Shown: positions 1-7,801, numbered from the stretch's first letter. The stretch is DNA of 17,822 nucleotides from Candidatus Eiseniibacteriota bacterium (GCA_031366795.1 JANLOX010000087.1:1-17822); one strand, 5' to 3'. The notes: generated by a model not told the origin, from the letters alone. Numbers and translations: made by a program.

Positions 1-288
1 CAGACCGAGGTGCTCGATTCCACGACTCCGGTCCTGGTGGATTTCTGGGCGGAATGGTGCGGGCCCTGCCGCGCGATCGCGCCGATGGTCGAAGAACTCG
101 CGGTCGAATTCCAGGGCAAGCTCAAGGTCGTGAAGATCGACGTCGACGAGAGCACGGATGTTGCGGCGCGTTACCGCATCCAGAGCATCCCGACGCTGAT
201 GGTGTTCAAGGGTGGCGAGGAAGTCGAGCGCGTGATCGGCGCGGTTCCCAAGCCCATGCTTCACCAGCGCATCACGAAGCATCTCTAG
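1..288 (+). CDS. trxA: Thioredoxin (5' end lies outside the window)
   Basis: Frame is open from base 1. Canonical [14 protein letters not shown] active site, KVVKIDVD and cis-Pro motif IQSIPTL. Stop TAG at 286-288. Confidence 0.96.
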   Translation, partial: QTEVLDSTTPVLVDFWAEWCGPCRAIAPMVEELAVEFQGKLKVVKIDVDESTDVAARYRIQSIPTLMVFKGGEEVERVIGAVPKPMLHQRITKHL

Positions 289-308
289 TCGTCTCCAGCG
301 ACCAAGCG

Positions 309-341
309 ACGGGCGCGCGTTATCGATGAACGCGCGCCCGT
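309..341. terminator. 13-bp perfect hairpin between converging trxA and nnr; probable terminator or mRNA 3'-end structure
   Basis: ACGGGCGCGCGTT (309-321), 7-nt loop, AACGCGCGCCCGT (329-341). Overlaps the nnr stop codon. No long U-tract on either strand. Confidence 0.55.
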
Positions 342-1894
342 TCGAGTGCCTGGAGCGCGAGCGGTAGCGCTTCGCACACATCCCCGGCGGTCATGCCCAG
401 CTGGCCCTGCCGTCCTGCTACGATGTCGCCCGCGGCACCGTGCACGTGGACCGCGAGCCGGACAGCCTCGAAGGGCGCGAGGCCCTGCGCCATCAGCGCT
501 GCGATCGCGCCCGTCAACACATCGCCCATGCCGGCGGTCGCCATGCCCGCGTTGCCGGTTGAGTTGACCAGCGTGCGCCCATCGGCCGCCGCAATCACCG
601 TCGGCGCGCCCTTGAGCGCGAGCACCACGTTCCAGCGTTGCGCCCACTCGCGCGCGGCATCGATGCGCGTGGCTTCGAGCGTCTCGGCGCTGAGTCCCGT
701 GAGCCGCGACATCTCGCCCAGGTGCGGCGTCAGCACGCGGGGCGCGGGCGCTGAGGCGAGCAATTCCGTGGCTCCCGCAAGCGCGAAGAGCGCGTCGGCG
801 TCGACGACGAGCGGGCGCTTGGCCTCAGCGATGATGCGTCGCACGAGCGTCACGGCGCCCTCGTCGCGCGACAGCCCTGGGCCCACCGCCGCAGCATTGA
901 CACCTTCGAGCCTCGCGACGATCGCGTCGAATGCTGCCGGCGCCAACGACCGCGTCGCTGACTCAGCGCAGCCGAGCGGCATCTGCTCGGTGAGCTTCGT
1001 GGCCACGATGTCGTGGAGGCTCGCCGGTGTGGCCGCCTGCACGTAGCCGGCGCCCGCGCGACTCGCAGCGCGCGCCGCAAGCGTGATGGCTCCCGTGAGC
1101 CCTGCGGCGCCACCGATCACCAGCACCCGGCCCACGCTGCCCTTGTGCGCGCGGGGATCGCGATGGGGCAGCAGGGCCACGGCGTCTGCAGTGGTGCCCA
1201 AGCGCACCAGCCCGAGCGGGTCGTCCGGGCTCAGCGGTAGCAGCCCGATATCGATCACCTCGAGTGCCCCGGCGAAGGCGCGACCGGGGTACAGCGCGTG
1301 CCCGCGCTTGGGCGAGCCGAACGTCACCGTGAGGTCCGCGCGCACGGCGCGGCGCGCGACTTCGCCCGTATCCGCGTCCACGCCCGTCGGCACGTCCACG
1401 GCGATCACGCGCGTGCCGAGTTCATCGAGTTCGCGCAGCGCCTGCACGCCGGCAGCGATCGCCCCGGTGGGAGCGCCGTGCGCGCCGGTGCCGAGCAGCG
1501 CATCGACACCTAAGTCCCACGCGTCGGCTTCGCGCGTGATCGCGGCCAGCTCCGCTTCGGTGTTCGCCGCGCCCCACACGATGCCGCCCACGCGCATCGC
1601 TTCGAACGCCGTGGCGGCATCGCCGTGGATACGCTCGGTGTCGCCCATCACGACGGCGCGCACCATCGCGCCGCGCTCGCGCAGGCGAAGCGCTACTACG
1701 AACCCGTCGCCGCCATTGTTGCCCGTGCCGCACAGCACCAGCGCGCGCAGGCCCAGCAGGGAGCCATAGCGCCGCTCGATCGCCGCCACGACCCCGTGGC
1801 CGGCGCGCTCCATCAGCTCGATGCCGGGCGCGTGACCGCTTTCAATCGTGCGACGGTCCCACGCGCGCATGTCTTCGGACTTGAGCAGCAGCAC
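320..1894 (-). CDS. nnr: Bifunctional NAD(P)H-hydrate epimerase/dehydratase (YjeF_N plus carbohydrate-kinase-like domain)
   Basis: Motifs LMERAG, CGTGNNGGDG, VDALLGTG, AVDVPTG, TVTF, HKGSVG, VGPGL, VVDADAL, LTPHLGEM, LKGAPT and MATAGMGDVLTG. 524 aa, GTG start. Confidence 0.95.
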   Translation of the reverse strand: MLLLKSEDMRAWDRRTIESGHAPGIELMERAGHGVVAAIERRYGSLLGLRALVLCGTGNNGGDGFVVALRLRERGAMVRAVVMGDTERIHGDAATAFEAMRVGGIVWGAANTEAELAAITREADAWDLGVDALLGTGAHGAPTGAIAAGVQALRELDELGTRVIAVDVPTGVDADTGEVARRAVRADLTVTFGSPKRGHALYPGRAFAGALEVIDIGLLPLSPDDPLGLVRLGTTADAVALLPHRDPRAHKGSVGRVLVIGGAAGLTGAITLAARAASRAGAGYVQAATPASLHDIVATKLTEQMPLGCAESATRSLAPAAFDAIVARLEGVNAAAVGPGLSRDEGAVTLVRRIIAEAKRPLVVDADALFALAGATELLASAPAPRVLTPHLGEMSRLTGLSAETLEATRIDAAREWAQRWNVVLALKGAPTVIAAADGRTLVNSTGNAGMATAGMGDVLTGAIAALMAQGLAPFEAVRLAVHVHGAAGDIVAGRQGQLGMTAGDVCEALPLALQALERARVHR

Positions 1895-1915
1895 AGCTCT
1901 ACCCCCAGGCGCTGC

Positions 1916-2257
1916 CTAGTGCTTTCTACCGCGGCTGCGCGCCTCGCTCGTCAGGTCGCGAATCAGGTTCTTGCGGTAGACCTCGTCCTTCCGCACGCGC
2001 TCGATGAGGCCTGGGTCGGCGGAGATGAACGGCATGTCGAACAATTCAGGATCGGCTTCCTGCTCGAGGTAGATCAGCTCCTGGTCGTGGCGCTGGTGCT
2101 GAGCCGCGCGCTCGACGTTGTCGAACGACTTGCCGGGCAGGAATTCCTTGTTGAAGACATCGAACACATAGACGTGGAACTGGCCGTCGGCGCCGCTCAC
2201 GCCGTCCGGCAGCGGGTACACCTTGACCTTTGCTGCCTTCACCTTGCCTGAGGACAT
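1916..2257 (-). CDS. Hypothetical cytoplasmic protein, 113 aa
   Basis: ATG at 2257 is preceded by a GGGAGA Shine-Dalgarno-like sequence. Protein-like composition (MSSGKVKAAKVKVYPLP...). Fills the gap between HAD and nnr on the same strand. The ORF-track extension to 2377 overlaps the HAD gene and looks spurious. Confidence 0.8.
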   Translation of the reverse strand: MSSGKVKAAKVKVYPLPDGVSGADGQFHVYVFDVFNKEFLPGKSFDNVERAAQHQRHDQELIYLEQEADPELFDMPFISADPGLIERVRKDEVYRKNLIRDLTSEARSRGRKH

Positions 2258-2312
2258 GCAGTGTCTCCCAAGAACCGTTCTGCGCCGCGCCGCAACCGGT
2301 TCCTTAGGACTC

Positions 2313-3053
2313 TTAGGATTTCGCGGCGTCCCGGGCATTCTGCCGGGACGGGAGATGGGGCGAATTCGAAACCACACCGTTCAACGCATCGACGATCGCA
2401 ACCAGTTCCAACACATCATCCACATCATAGTCGGCGCCCGAGGCCTGGGTGTCGAATGTGTCGCCGTAGCGCGCGAACACCGTCTTCATGCCGAGGCTCT
2501 TGCCGCCCACCACGTCACGCTCGGCCCAGTCGCCGATCATCAGCGAATGTTCGGGCGTCACGTTCAATCGCTTGAGCACTTCGCGAAATGGGGCCGGGCT
2601 CGGCTTGCGCTCGCGCGTGTCGTCGAACGTTACCACCGCATCGAAGGTGTGCTGCAGCCCGAGATCGCACAGCCTCAACCACACCTGCGCTTCGGGCGCA
2701 TCGGAGACGACGCCAAGCCTGATGCCGCGCTTGGCCAGTTCGAGCAGCGTCATCTGGACGTGCGGATAGAGCACCAGCGCCGAGCCGCGCCCGCGGCGGT
2801 ACGCCACGATGCCGGAGGCCAGGATCTTGGGATCGATGCGGCCGAGCTCGCTCTGCAATAACTCGTCGAACACACGCTGGTATTCGAGACCCTGCGACTG
2901 GTAGATCGCATCGATCTTCTTGCGCACCTCGTCGCGCGGCAGCGACAGGCCGGCGTCGTACATGCCTTCGATCGCGGCATCCACGGCGGCGGCCTTCATC
3001 TTCATGAAGTCGACGAGCGTGTTGTCGAGATCGAACACGATGGCGTGGATCAA
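2313..3053 (-). CDS. HAD-superfamily hydrolase, subfamily IA (resembles the archaeal TIGR02253/MJ1437-type group)
   Basis: Motif I FDLDNTL, motif II GVVSD, motif III RKPSP, motif IV MIGDWAERDVVG, and GMKTVFARYG. TTG start preceded by GGAGGT. Confidence 0.92.
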   Translation of the reverse strand: MIHAIVFDLDNTLVDFMKMKAAAVDAAIEGMYDAGLSLPRDEVRKKIDAIYQSQGLEYQRVFDELLQSELGRIDPKILASGIVAYRRGRGSALVLYPHVQMTLLELAKRGIRLGVVSDAPEAQVWLRLCDLGLQHTFDAVVTFDDTRERKPSPAPFREVLKRLNVTPEHSLMIGDWAERDVVGGKSLGMKTVFARYGDTFDTQASGADYDVDDVLELVAIVDALNGVVSNSPHLPSRQNARDAAKS

Positions 3054-3111
3054 GCCACCTCCACGCAGCGGGGTTCAGCATGCGCGCGTACGCATCGTTG
3101 CGTGAACGCGC

Positions 3112-3309
3112 TCACTTGGAGGAGGTGCCGATCGTGCGGCCCATGCTGATCTCGCCGTTGTCGATGCGGATGTTGAAGCCGCAATTCGGGTTGCTGCACA
3201 CCCAGGCCTTGTAGGTGATGGGCGCGCCGTCGCGACCGTAGTCTGACAGCGGCAGCAGAACGCCGTCGCGGCACTTGCGGCACTCCGGAAACCCCTGGTC
3301 GATGTCCAT
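3112..3309 (-). CDS. Small Zn-ribbon-type protein (65 aa; alternative GTG start at 3321)
   Basis: Cysteine pairs CRKC and WVCSNPNC around LLPLSDYG. GC3-rich codons. Same strand as its neighbours. Confidence 0.8.
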   Translation of the reverse strand: MDIDQGFPECRKCRDGVLLPLSDYGRDGAPITYKAWVCSNPNCGFNIRIDNGEISMGRTIGTSSK

Positions 3310-3357
3310 CCCGTTCCCCACCCCAATTCGCCGCGCGCCCTGCGCACCGGCTCTTCC

Positions 3358-3363
3358 ATTGTA
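3358..3363 (-). promoter_or_regulatory. Candidate sigma70 -10 box for the Zn-ribbon/HAD/hypothetical/nnr genes
   Basis: TACAAT on the minus strand in a GC-rich intergenic region about 50 nt upstream of the Zn-ribbon start. No convincing -35. Confidence 0.35.
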
Positions 3364-3438
3364 GGGGAGGCCCGCTGCCAGCGGTACTCGGCGAGCGCGA
3401 AACCCGTGCGGACATGGCGGACTCGCCGCGGGTGGTGT

Positions 3439-4236
3439 TCAGGAAGCGAGTAACCCTGAAAGGTCACGCGGTGGGGTGGTGCAGGGACGGCCCTCGATGT
3501 GGATGTAGCGCGCACCCACGCGGGACCGCCGGAACAGGCTGGTCGAAACGGTCACCATGCGCCCGTCGTGGATGCACACCGCGGCGCGGTCGGCCGCCGC
3601 GGCGTCTTCGCCGTCCGTAGGAGGGGCACCCTCGCCGAACGTGCCATGCAGGCTAAGCAGCTCGAGCAGCTTGGTCTCCGCTTCGCCGGTGTTGGCGGGA
3701 TTGAACTCCGCGAGCTTGCGGGACAGCCGGACCGTGCGTGGTTCCTGTGCGTCGTCGAGATCGCCGTGCGTCAACACGTGCCATCCGGGCGTCAGTGGTT
3801 GCACCGGGCGGGTTTGGGCGCCGTCGTGGCTGAGCACCCAGCCGCCCAGCGGCGTCACGCAAACCAGCGAGAACGGCGCATAGGGGTGGGCCGCGAGTGA
3901 CGCGCGCGTCAGCTTAAGGGCCCCGCCCGAGAAGGCGTCGAGTTCGGCGCCGGGGGCGGCGCACGCCGCCTCGAGCGCCAGCAGGCCGCGCGAGCGGAGC
4001 AATTCGGGCGCGGCGGGGGCGACGCCCCGCCGGTTGAGCACCGCGATCACCGAATGCGCGTCACGCACCGCCAGCCAGGTGCCGCCCCCCAAAGCGTCGC
4101 GGCCGCCAACGACCTGCTGGGCGTCGGACAGGCGCGCCGGCGGCTCCGTCGGGCGCGAGGGGGCTTCATCGCGATTCGCGCCGACGATCAGCGACCCCGT
4201 ACCGAGGACGTCCCGGCCGATAATAAGTGTGCACAT
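3439..4236 (-). CDS. NRDE family (TANGO2/DUF833) protein
   Basis: N-terminal MC start (MCTLII), ANRDE signature, GGRDALGGGTWLAV, RSRGLL and late TVST. ATG at 4236 gives the family-typical Cys2. Confidence 0.92.
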   Translation of the reverse strand: MCTLIIGRDVLGTGSLIVGANRDEAPSRPTEPPARLSDAQQVVGGRDALGGGTWLAVRDAHSVIAVLNRRGVAPAAPELLRSRGLLALEAACAAPGAELDAFSGGALKLTRASLAAHPYAPFSLVCVTPLGGWVLSHDGAQTRPVQPLTPGWHVLTHGDLDDAQEPRTVRLSRKLAEFNPANTGEAETKLLELLSLHGTFGEGAPPTDGEDAAAADRAAVCIHDGRMVTVSTSLFRRSRVGARYIHIEGRPCTTPPRDLSGLLAS

Positions 4237-4243
4237 GCGCGCC

Positions 4244-4273
4244 AAGCTAGGCGGGGGAGCCGCGTCGGGTCAA
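4244..4273 (-). promoter_or_regulatory. Candidate sigma70 promoter for a leaderless NRDE transcript
   Basis: Minus strand reads TTGACC (4273-4268), N18, TAGCTT (4249-4244), N7, ATG (4236). No Shine-Dalgarno. Confidence 0.5.
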
Positions 4274-4301
4274 CTCGTCCGAATTTGCGGCTTCATGATG
4301 T

Positions 4302-4317
4302 CGAATGGCGCCATTCG
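4302..4317. promoter_or_regulatory. Perfect 16-bp palindrome, candidate operator in the divergent intergenic region
   Basis: CGAATGGCGCCATTCG is its own reverse complement. It sits just upstream of a TAATCT -10-like hexamer (4320-4325) that lies 8 nt before ATG 4334. Confidence 0.45.
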
Positions 4318-4333
4318 GGTAATCTCCCCCGCC

Positions 4334-5491
4334 ATGTCCACAGCCCTCGTTTCACCGGCCCCTGGCCGGCCCTTCGCCCTGCCCGCCTTCGTCCTCGCCA
4401 CGGCGCTCGCGTTGTTCATTCCCGCGGCCGCCCACGCGCGCGAAATCAAGCCATGGGTTCCGTCGGGAACCGATTCGCTGACCGTGTGGGCCGCCGAAGC
4501 GCGCGAACGCTTCCAAGTGAACACCGGCGATTCCGTGGGCGGCAGGAACTACCGGCCCTACGATCTCGTGGGCGCCATGGGCCGCCGCTTGATCGCTTCG
4601 CTCGGGCGCTCCGGCATGAACCAGGCCCACGCCGTCGAAGGTGTGCTCGACTCGCTCGGGCTCGATACCGAGATCGCCACCGATCCGCGCCAGCCTGGTT
4701 TCGCTCTGCTGCTGGTGCGCAATCCCTTCAAGCCCACCGCCGCGGCGGTGGGCTACCTCTACTGGTTTCGCGATCGCGACCTGCGCAGCCAGGGCGTGAT
4801 CTTTCATGGTTCGCGCAACGCGCGCATGCGCGTGTGGTGGACCGCGAAGACCGAGTGGCCCTACCAATGGGCGATCGTCAGCGACAATCCCAACGACAAC
4901 GATCGCATGAGCCTGCTGCTGCTCAAACTCAACGAGCAGGGGACGTTTTGGGTGCTGCAACAATATGAAAACGCGGGTCCCGATCTGGGTGGACCCGGCG
5001 ATGCGATCTGGGCCGATGTGAACGGCGGCGGCGAGCCGGAGTTGGTGGTGTGGACGGAGGCCCGCGCGGACACGACGTTCGAGGAATGCCATGAGTGCCC
5101 GAAGCTGCGGCTCGAGCGCATGTACGTGCTTCGTCACTCCGGCTACGAGTTGTACGACAGCCGGCTGACGCCCTCGCCGTACGCCACGTTCACGCTGTTC
5201 ATTCGGCTACTGCAACAACAGAACCCGAGTGGCGCCCAAAAGCTACTGTCCGAACCCGAGCGCGTGACCGCCGCCGTTGCCGCGGGGTGGGGACGCCGTG
5301 GTCGCGGCCAGTGGACGCTCGAGTACACAGAGGAGGGCGAATCGTGGCCCACCTGGCTCGCCTTCAAGCTGAATGGACCCAAGGGTCTCGTCCGCTACAT
5401 CGTGCACTTTGAATACATCGATGGCCGCTGGCTGATTCGCGATTGGGTCATCCCGCATGTGCCTCCGATCGGCAAGGGAGTGACGCCATAA
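4334..5491 (+). CDS. Exported protein of unknown function (paralogue A), 385 aa
   Basis: Signal peptide ending AAAHA|REIK. Contains WADVNGGGEPELVV, FEECHECP and PSPYATFTLFI. The ORF-track start at 4034 overlaps NRDE on the other strand, so ATG 4334 is preferred. Confidence 0.85.
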   Translation: MSTALVSPAPGRPFALPAFVLATALALFIPAAAHAREIKPWVPSGTDSLTVWAAEARERFQVNTGDSVGGRNYRPYDLVGAMGRRLIASLGRSGMNQAHAVEGVLDSLGLDTEIATDPRQPGFALLLVRNPFKPTAAAVGYLYWFRDRDLRSQGVIFHGSRNARMRVWWTAKTEWPYQWAIVSDNPNDNDRMSLLLLKLNEQGTFWVLQQYENAGPDLGGPGDAIWADVNGGGEPELVVWTEARADTTFEECHECPKLRLERMYVLRHSGYELYDSRLTPSPYATFTLFIRLLQQQNPSGAQKLLSEPERVTAAVAAGWGRRGRGQWTLEYTEEGESWPTWLAFKLNGPKGLVRYIVHFEYIDGRWLIRDWVIPHVPPIGKGVTP

Positions 5492-5532
5492 GCTGGCGTC
5501 GTCAGACATGGGAATCCGGGAGAGCGCTTAGG

Positions 5533-6642
5533 ATGAGCCGCAACGCATTCAGGATGGCAGCACACACGGCGAGGCGCGCGGTGGGCGTGGCGTTGGCGAT
5601 CACCGCTGTCCTGGTGGTGGCGAGCTGCCAGCGCAAGACCAACATAGTCGTTATTCCTGGGGACAGCACCGCGACGGGAGTCGTGGATTCCTCGCTGATC
5701 GCCCTGCGTGACGCCCAGCAGATGTGGGAATCGGGCAACCCCGAAGACGCGGCCGCCGCGACGGCGAAGGTGCTGGCGCGCGACTTCATCGGGCACGAAC
5801 CCGGCGAATGGCACGAGCGGGCGAGCTACCTGATGGACTCGCTAGGTGTCGGCGGCGAATTCGCTGATGCGCCGTGCGCCCTGGCGGTGAACTTCTTCGC
5901 ACGCTCGAATCCCGAAGGTGGCTCGTGGCCCTACCTGTACTGGTGTGGCGCCAAGGGAGCGTCGATGCAGGCGCTCGAAGGCAAGAACATGCACCTTCAG
6001 GCTATCCTCGCGCGTGGGATGGTTTCGACCGGCGTGGGCGCCGACAGTGTGCGCCGCGTGGCCGCGGTGTTCGTGCGCCGTGCCGCGGGTGGTGCGCAGC
6101 CCCTGGTGATGACGTGGGCGCTGCCGCTCAAGGGGGCCGAGCACTGGACGGTCTTGCAGACGCTGGGTGCGGATTCGCTCGGTGGCTTCGGCGCCGCGGG
6201 CTTCGAAGGTGTGGTCGACACCACCGCCGGTCTCGTCGTGCGCAGTTATCGCACTGCCCCCGGCTTCGTCGAATGCGCTACCTGTCCGCATGCCTATTCG
6301 TCATCACGTTTCGCGTGGGGGGCACAGGGCTTCACGCGGACCGAGACCAAGAGGGTGCCATCGCCCTATGCAACCTTCGCACTATTCATACAGGCGCTTG
6401 TCGCCAATAATCGTATGGCTGCCGAGGAATATGTTTCGGAGCCGACGCTGGTGCTCGAGGCAACGAAACTCGAATGGCATGTGAAGAAGGGACCGTGGCG
6501 CACGGCCCCTGGCGACAGCGAATCACCCTCCTTGATGACGTTCCTGCGCGGCCCGAAGGATGCGTACGCGGTGCATTTCAGGTCCCAGGGGCAGAGTTGG
6601 GTGATCACCGGGTTCGAGCCGGTGTCACCGTCAACCGAGTAA
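5533..6642 (+). CDS. Lipoprotein of unknown function (paralogue B), about 369 aa; alternative ATG at 5554
   Basis: Basic N-region, hydrophobic core and lipobox-like VVAS|C. Contains FVECATCP and PSPYATFALFI. Collinear motifs are shared with the upstream gene. Confidence 0.85.
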   Translation: MSRNAFRMAAHTARRAVGVALAITAVLVVASCQRKTNIVVIPGDSTATGVVDSSLIALRDAQQMWESGNPEDAAAATAKVLARDFIGHEPGEWHERASYLMDSLGVGGEFADAPCALAVNFFARSNPEGGSWPYLYWCGAKGASMQALEGKNMHLQAILARGMVSTGVGADSVRRVAAVFVRRAAGGAQPLVMTWALPLKGAEHWTVLQTLGADSLGGFGAAGFEGVVDTTAGLVVRSYRTAPGFVECATCPHAYSSSRFAWGAQGFTRTETKRVPSPYATFALFIQALVANNRMAAEEYVSEPTLVLEATKLEWHVKKGPWRTAPGDSESPSLMTFLRGPKDAYAVHFRSQGQSWVITGFEPVSPSTE

Positions 6643-6646
6643 GCGT

Positions 6647-7801
6647 GTGAACCGTTGCCGAGTTGAGGCGCTCCGTTTGGGAGTGTGGATCGTGGCCCTG
6701 CTCGCGGTGTGCGCGAGCGCACGCCCTGCCCAAGCGATGGACGAATGCGCGCCGTGCCGCGATGCCGCGCGCTCGCACGTCGAGTATCGCGTGACGCTGG
6801 GGCTGGCCAGTCGCGATCTGGTGACGCGTGCCGTGGGTCGCGCAGGGGTCGAAGCGAAGGCCGCATTCCTCGCGCGCTGCACACTCGACACCACGACGTT
6901 CACGCCACGCGCGTACTGCACCGCCTATGGCGCCGACACGATCCAGGCCTGGCGCGCCGCGGTGACGAGACTCGGAGCGGCATCGGACGCCATGAGTGAT
7001 TCGGCGGGCCTGTTGGGGATCGCCACGCTGGCGGCGTTCGATCGTTCACTGCGCCATCCCGACCAACCCATCACCCGCGTGCGCGGCTGGCTCAAGCAGA
7101 CCGGGCACGGCGTCCAGTTCGTCGGTTGTGAGCCCAGCGTTTACGTGACGGGGTCTGGTGCCGACTCGCTGGCGAGTGGTCCCGGCGCTGACGTCTGGGT
7201 GCAGGGTTACTGCCGGGGCGCCGACAGCCTCGAATGGTTGGGCGGGCATGCGATGGGCCGCGATCGCATCGACCTGTTTGTGATGGGTAACTGCCCGTTC
7301 GCGCACCGGCTCGAGGCCCAGATGGTGCAAGACATGGCGAAGTTGGCACCCGGCGCCGTCCCGGAAATCGCGGTCCACTACCTGCTCCACTGGGAGGATG
7401 ACGGCATGGTGCGCCGCGCCGGATCCGCCCACGGAGAGCCCGAACGCCGGGAGGATGCCGTTCAAATCCTGATTCGCGATCGCCACCCCCAGGTGTTCTG
7501 GCGCTACCTCGAGTTGCGGTCGAAAGCCGACGTTTCGTGGGAATTGCTGGCGAAACGCGCGGGACTCGATTGGCCGGCGATCACCGCCATCCGCAACCAG
7601 GTTGCCGGTGGGCTCGACGACGTATTGATGACGGAGCATAGGTTCAACACTGCCAACTTCCCGCGCGTGGGTGGCAGCCCGACCGTGTTCTGGCGTGGAC
7701 TCCAGGTCGCCAGCATCGCGGAAGTACCCGGCTTCACGGCACCCATGAATGAGAAGGAAAAGTGTGAGGGCTCGGGGCCTGAGGAGACGCCGACGCGATG
7801 A
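6647..7801 (+). CDS. Exported protein with a C-terminal thioredoxin-fold (GILT/DsbA-like) domain
   Basis: Signal peptide ending PAQA|MDECAPC. C-terminal IDLFVMGNCPFA, IAVHYL, SAHGEPE, FWRYL and cis-Pro-like VGGSPTVF. GTG start 4 nt after the previous stop. Confidence 0.72.
   Translation: MNRCRVEALRLGVWIVALLAVCASARPAQAMDECAPCRDAARSHVEYRVTLGLASRDLVTRAVGRAGVEAKAAFLARCTLDTTTFTPRAYCTAYGADTIQAWRAAVTRLGAASDAMSDSAGLLGIATLAAFDRSLRHPDQPITRVRGWLKQTGHGVQFVGCEPSVYVTGSGADSLASGPGADVWVQGYCRGADSLEWLGGHAMGRDRIDLFVMGNCPFAHRLEAQMVQDMAKLAPGAVPEIAVHYLLHWEDDGMVRRAGSAHGEPERREDAVQILIRDRHPQVFWRYLELRSKADVSWELLAKRAGLDWPAITAIRNQVAGGLDDVLMTEHRFNTANFPRVGGSPTVFWRGLQVASIAEVPGFTAPMNEKEKCEGSGPEETPTR

Noticed and set aside
4034..4333. 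N-terminal extension of paralogue A in the ORF track
   Set aside because: It overlaps NRDE on the opposite strand and would bury the signal peptide that starts at ATG 4334.
5087..6291. CHECP and CATCPH as c-type heme-binding sites
   Set aside because: Neither is CxxCH (Pro follows the second Cys), and there are no cytochrome c maturation genes in the window.
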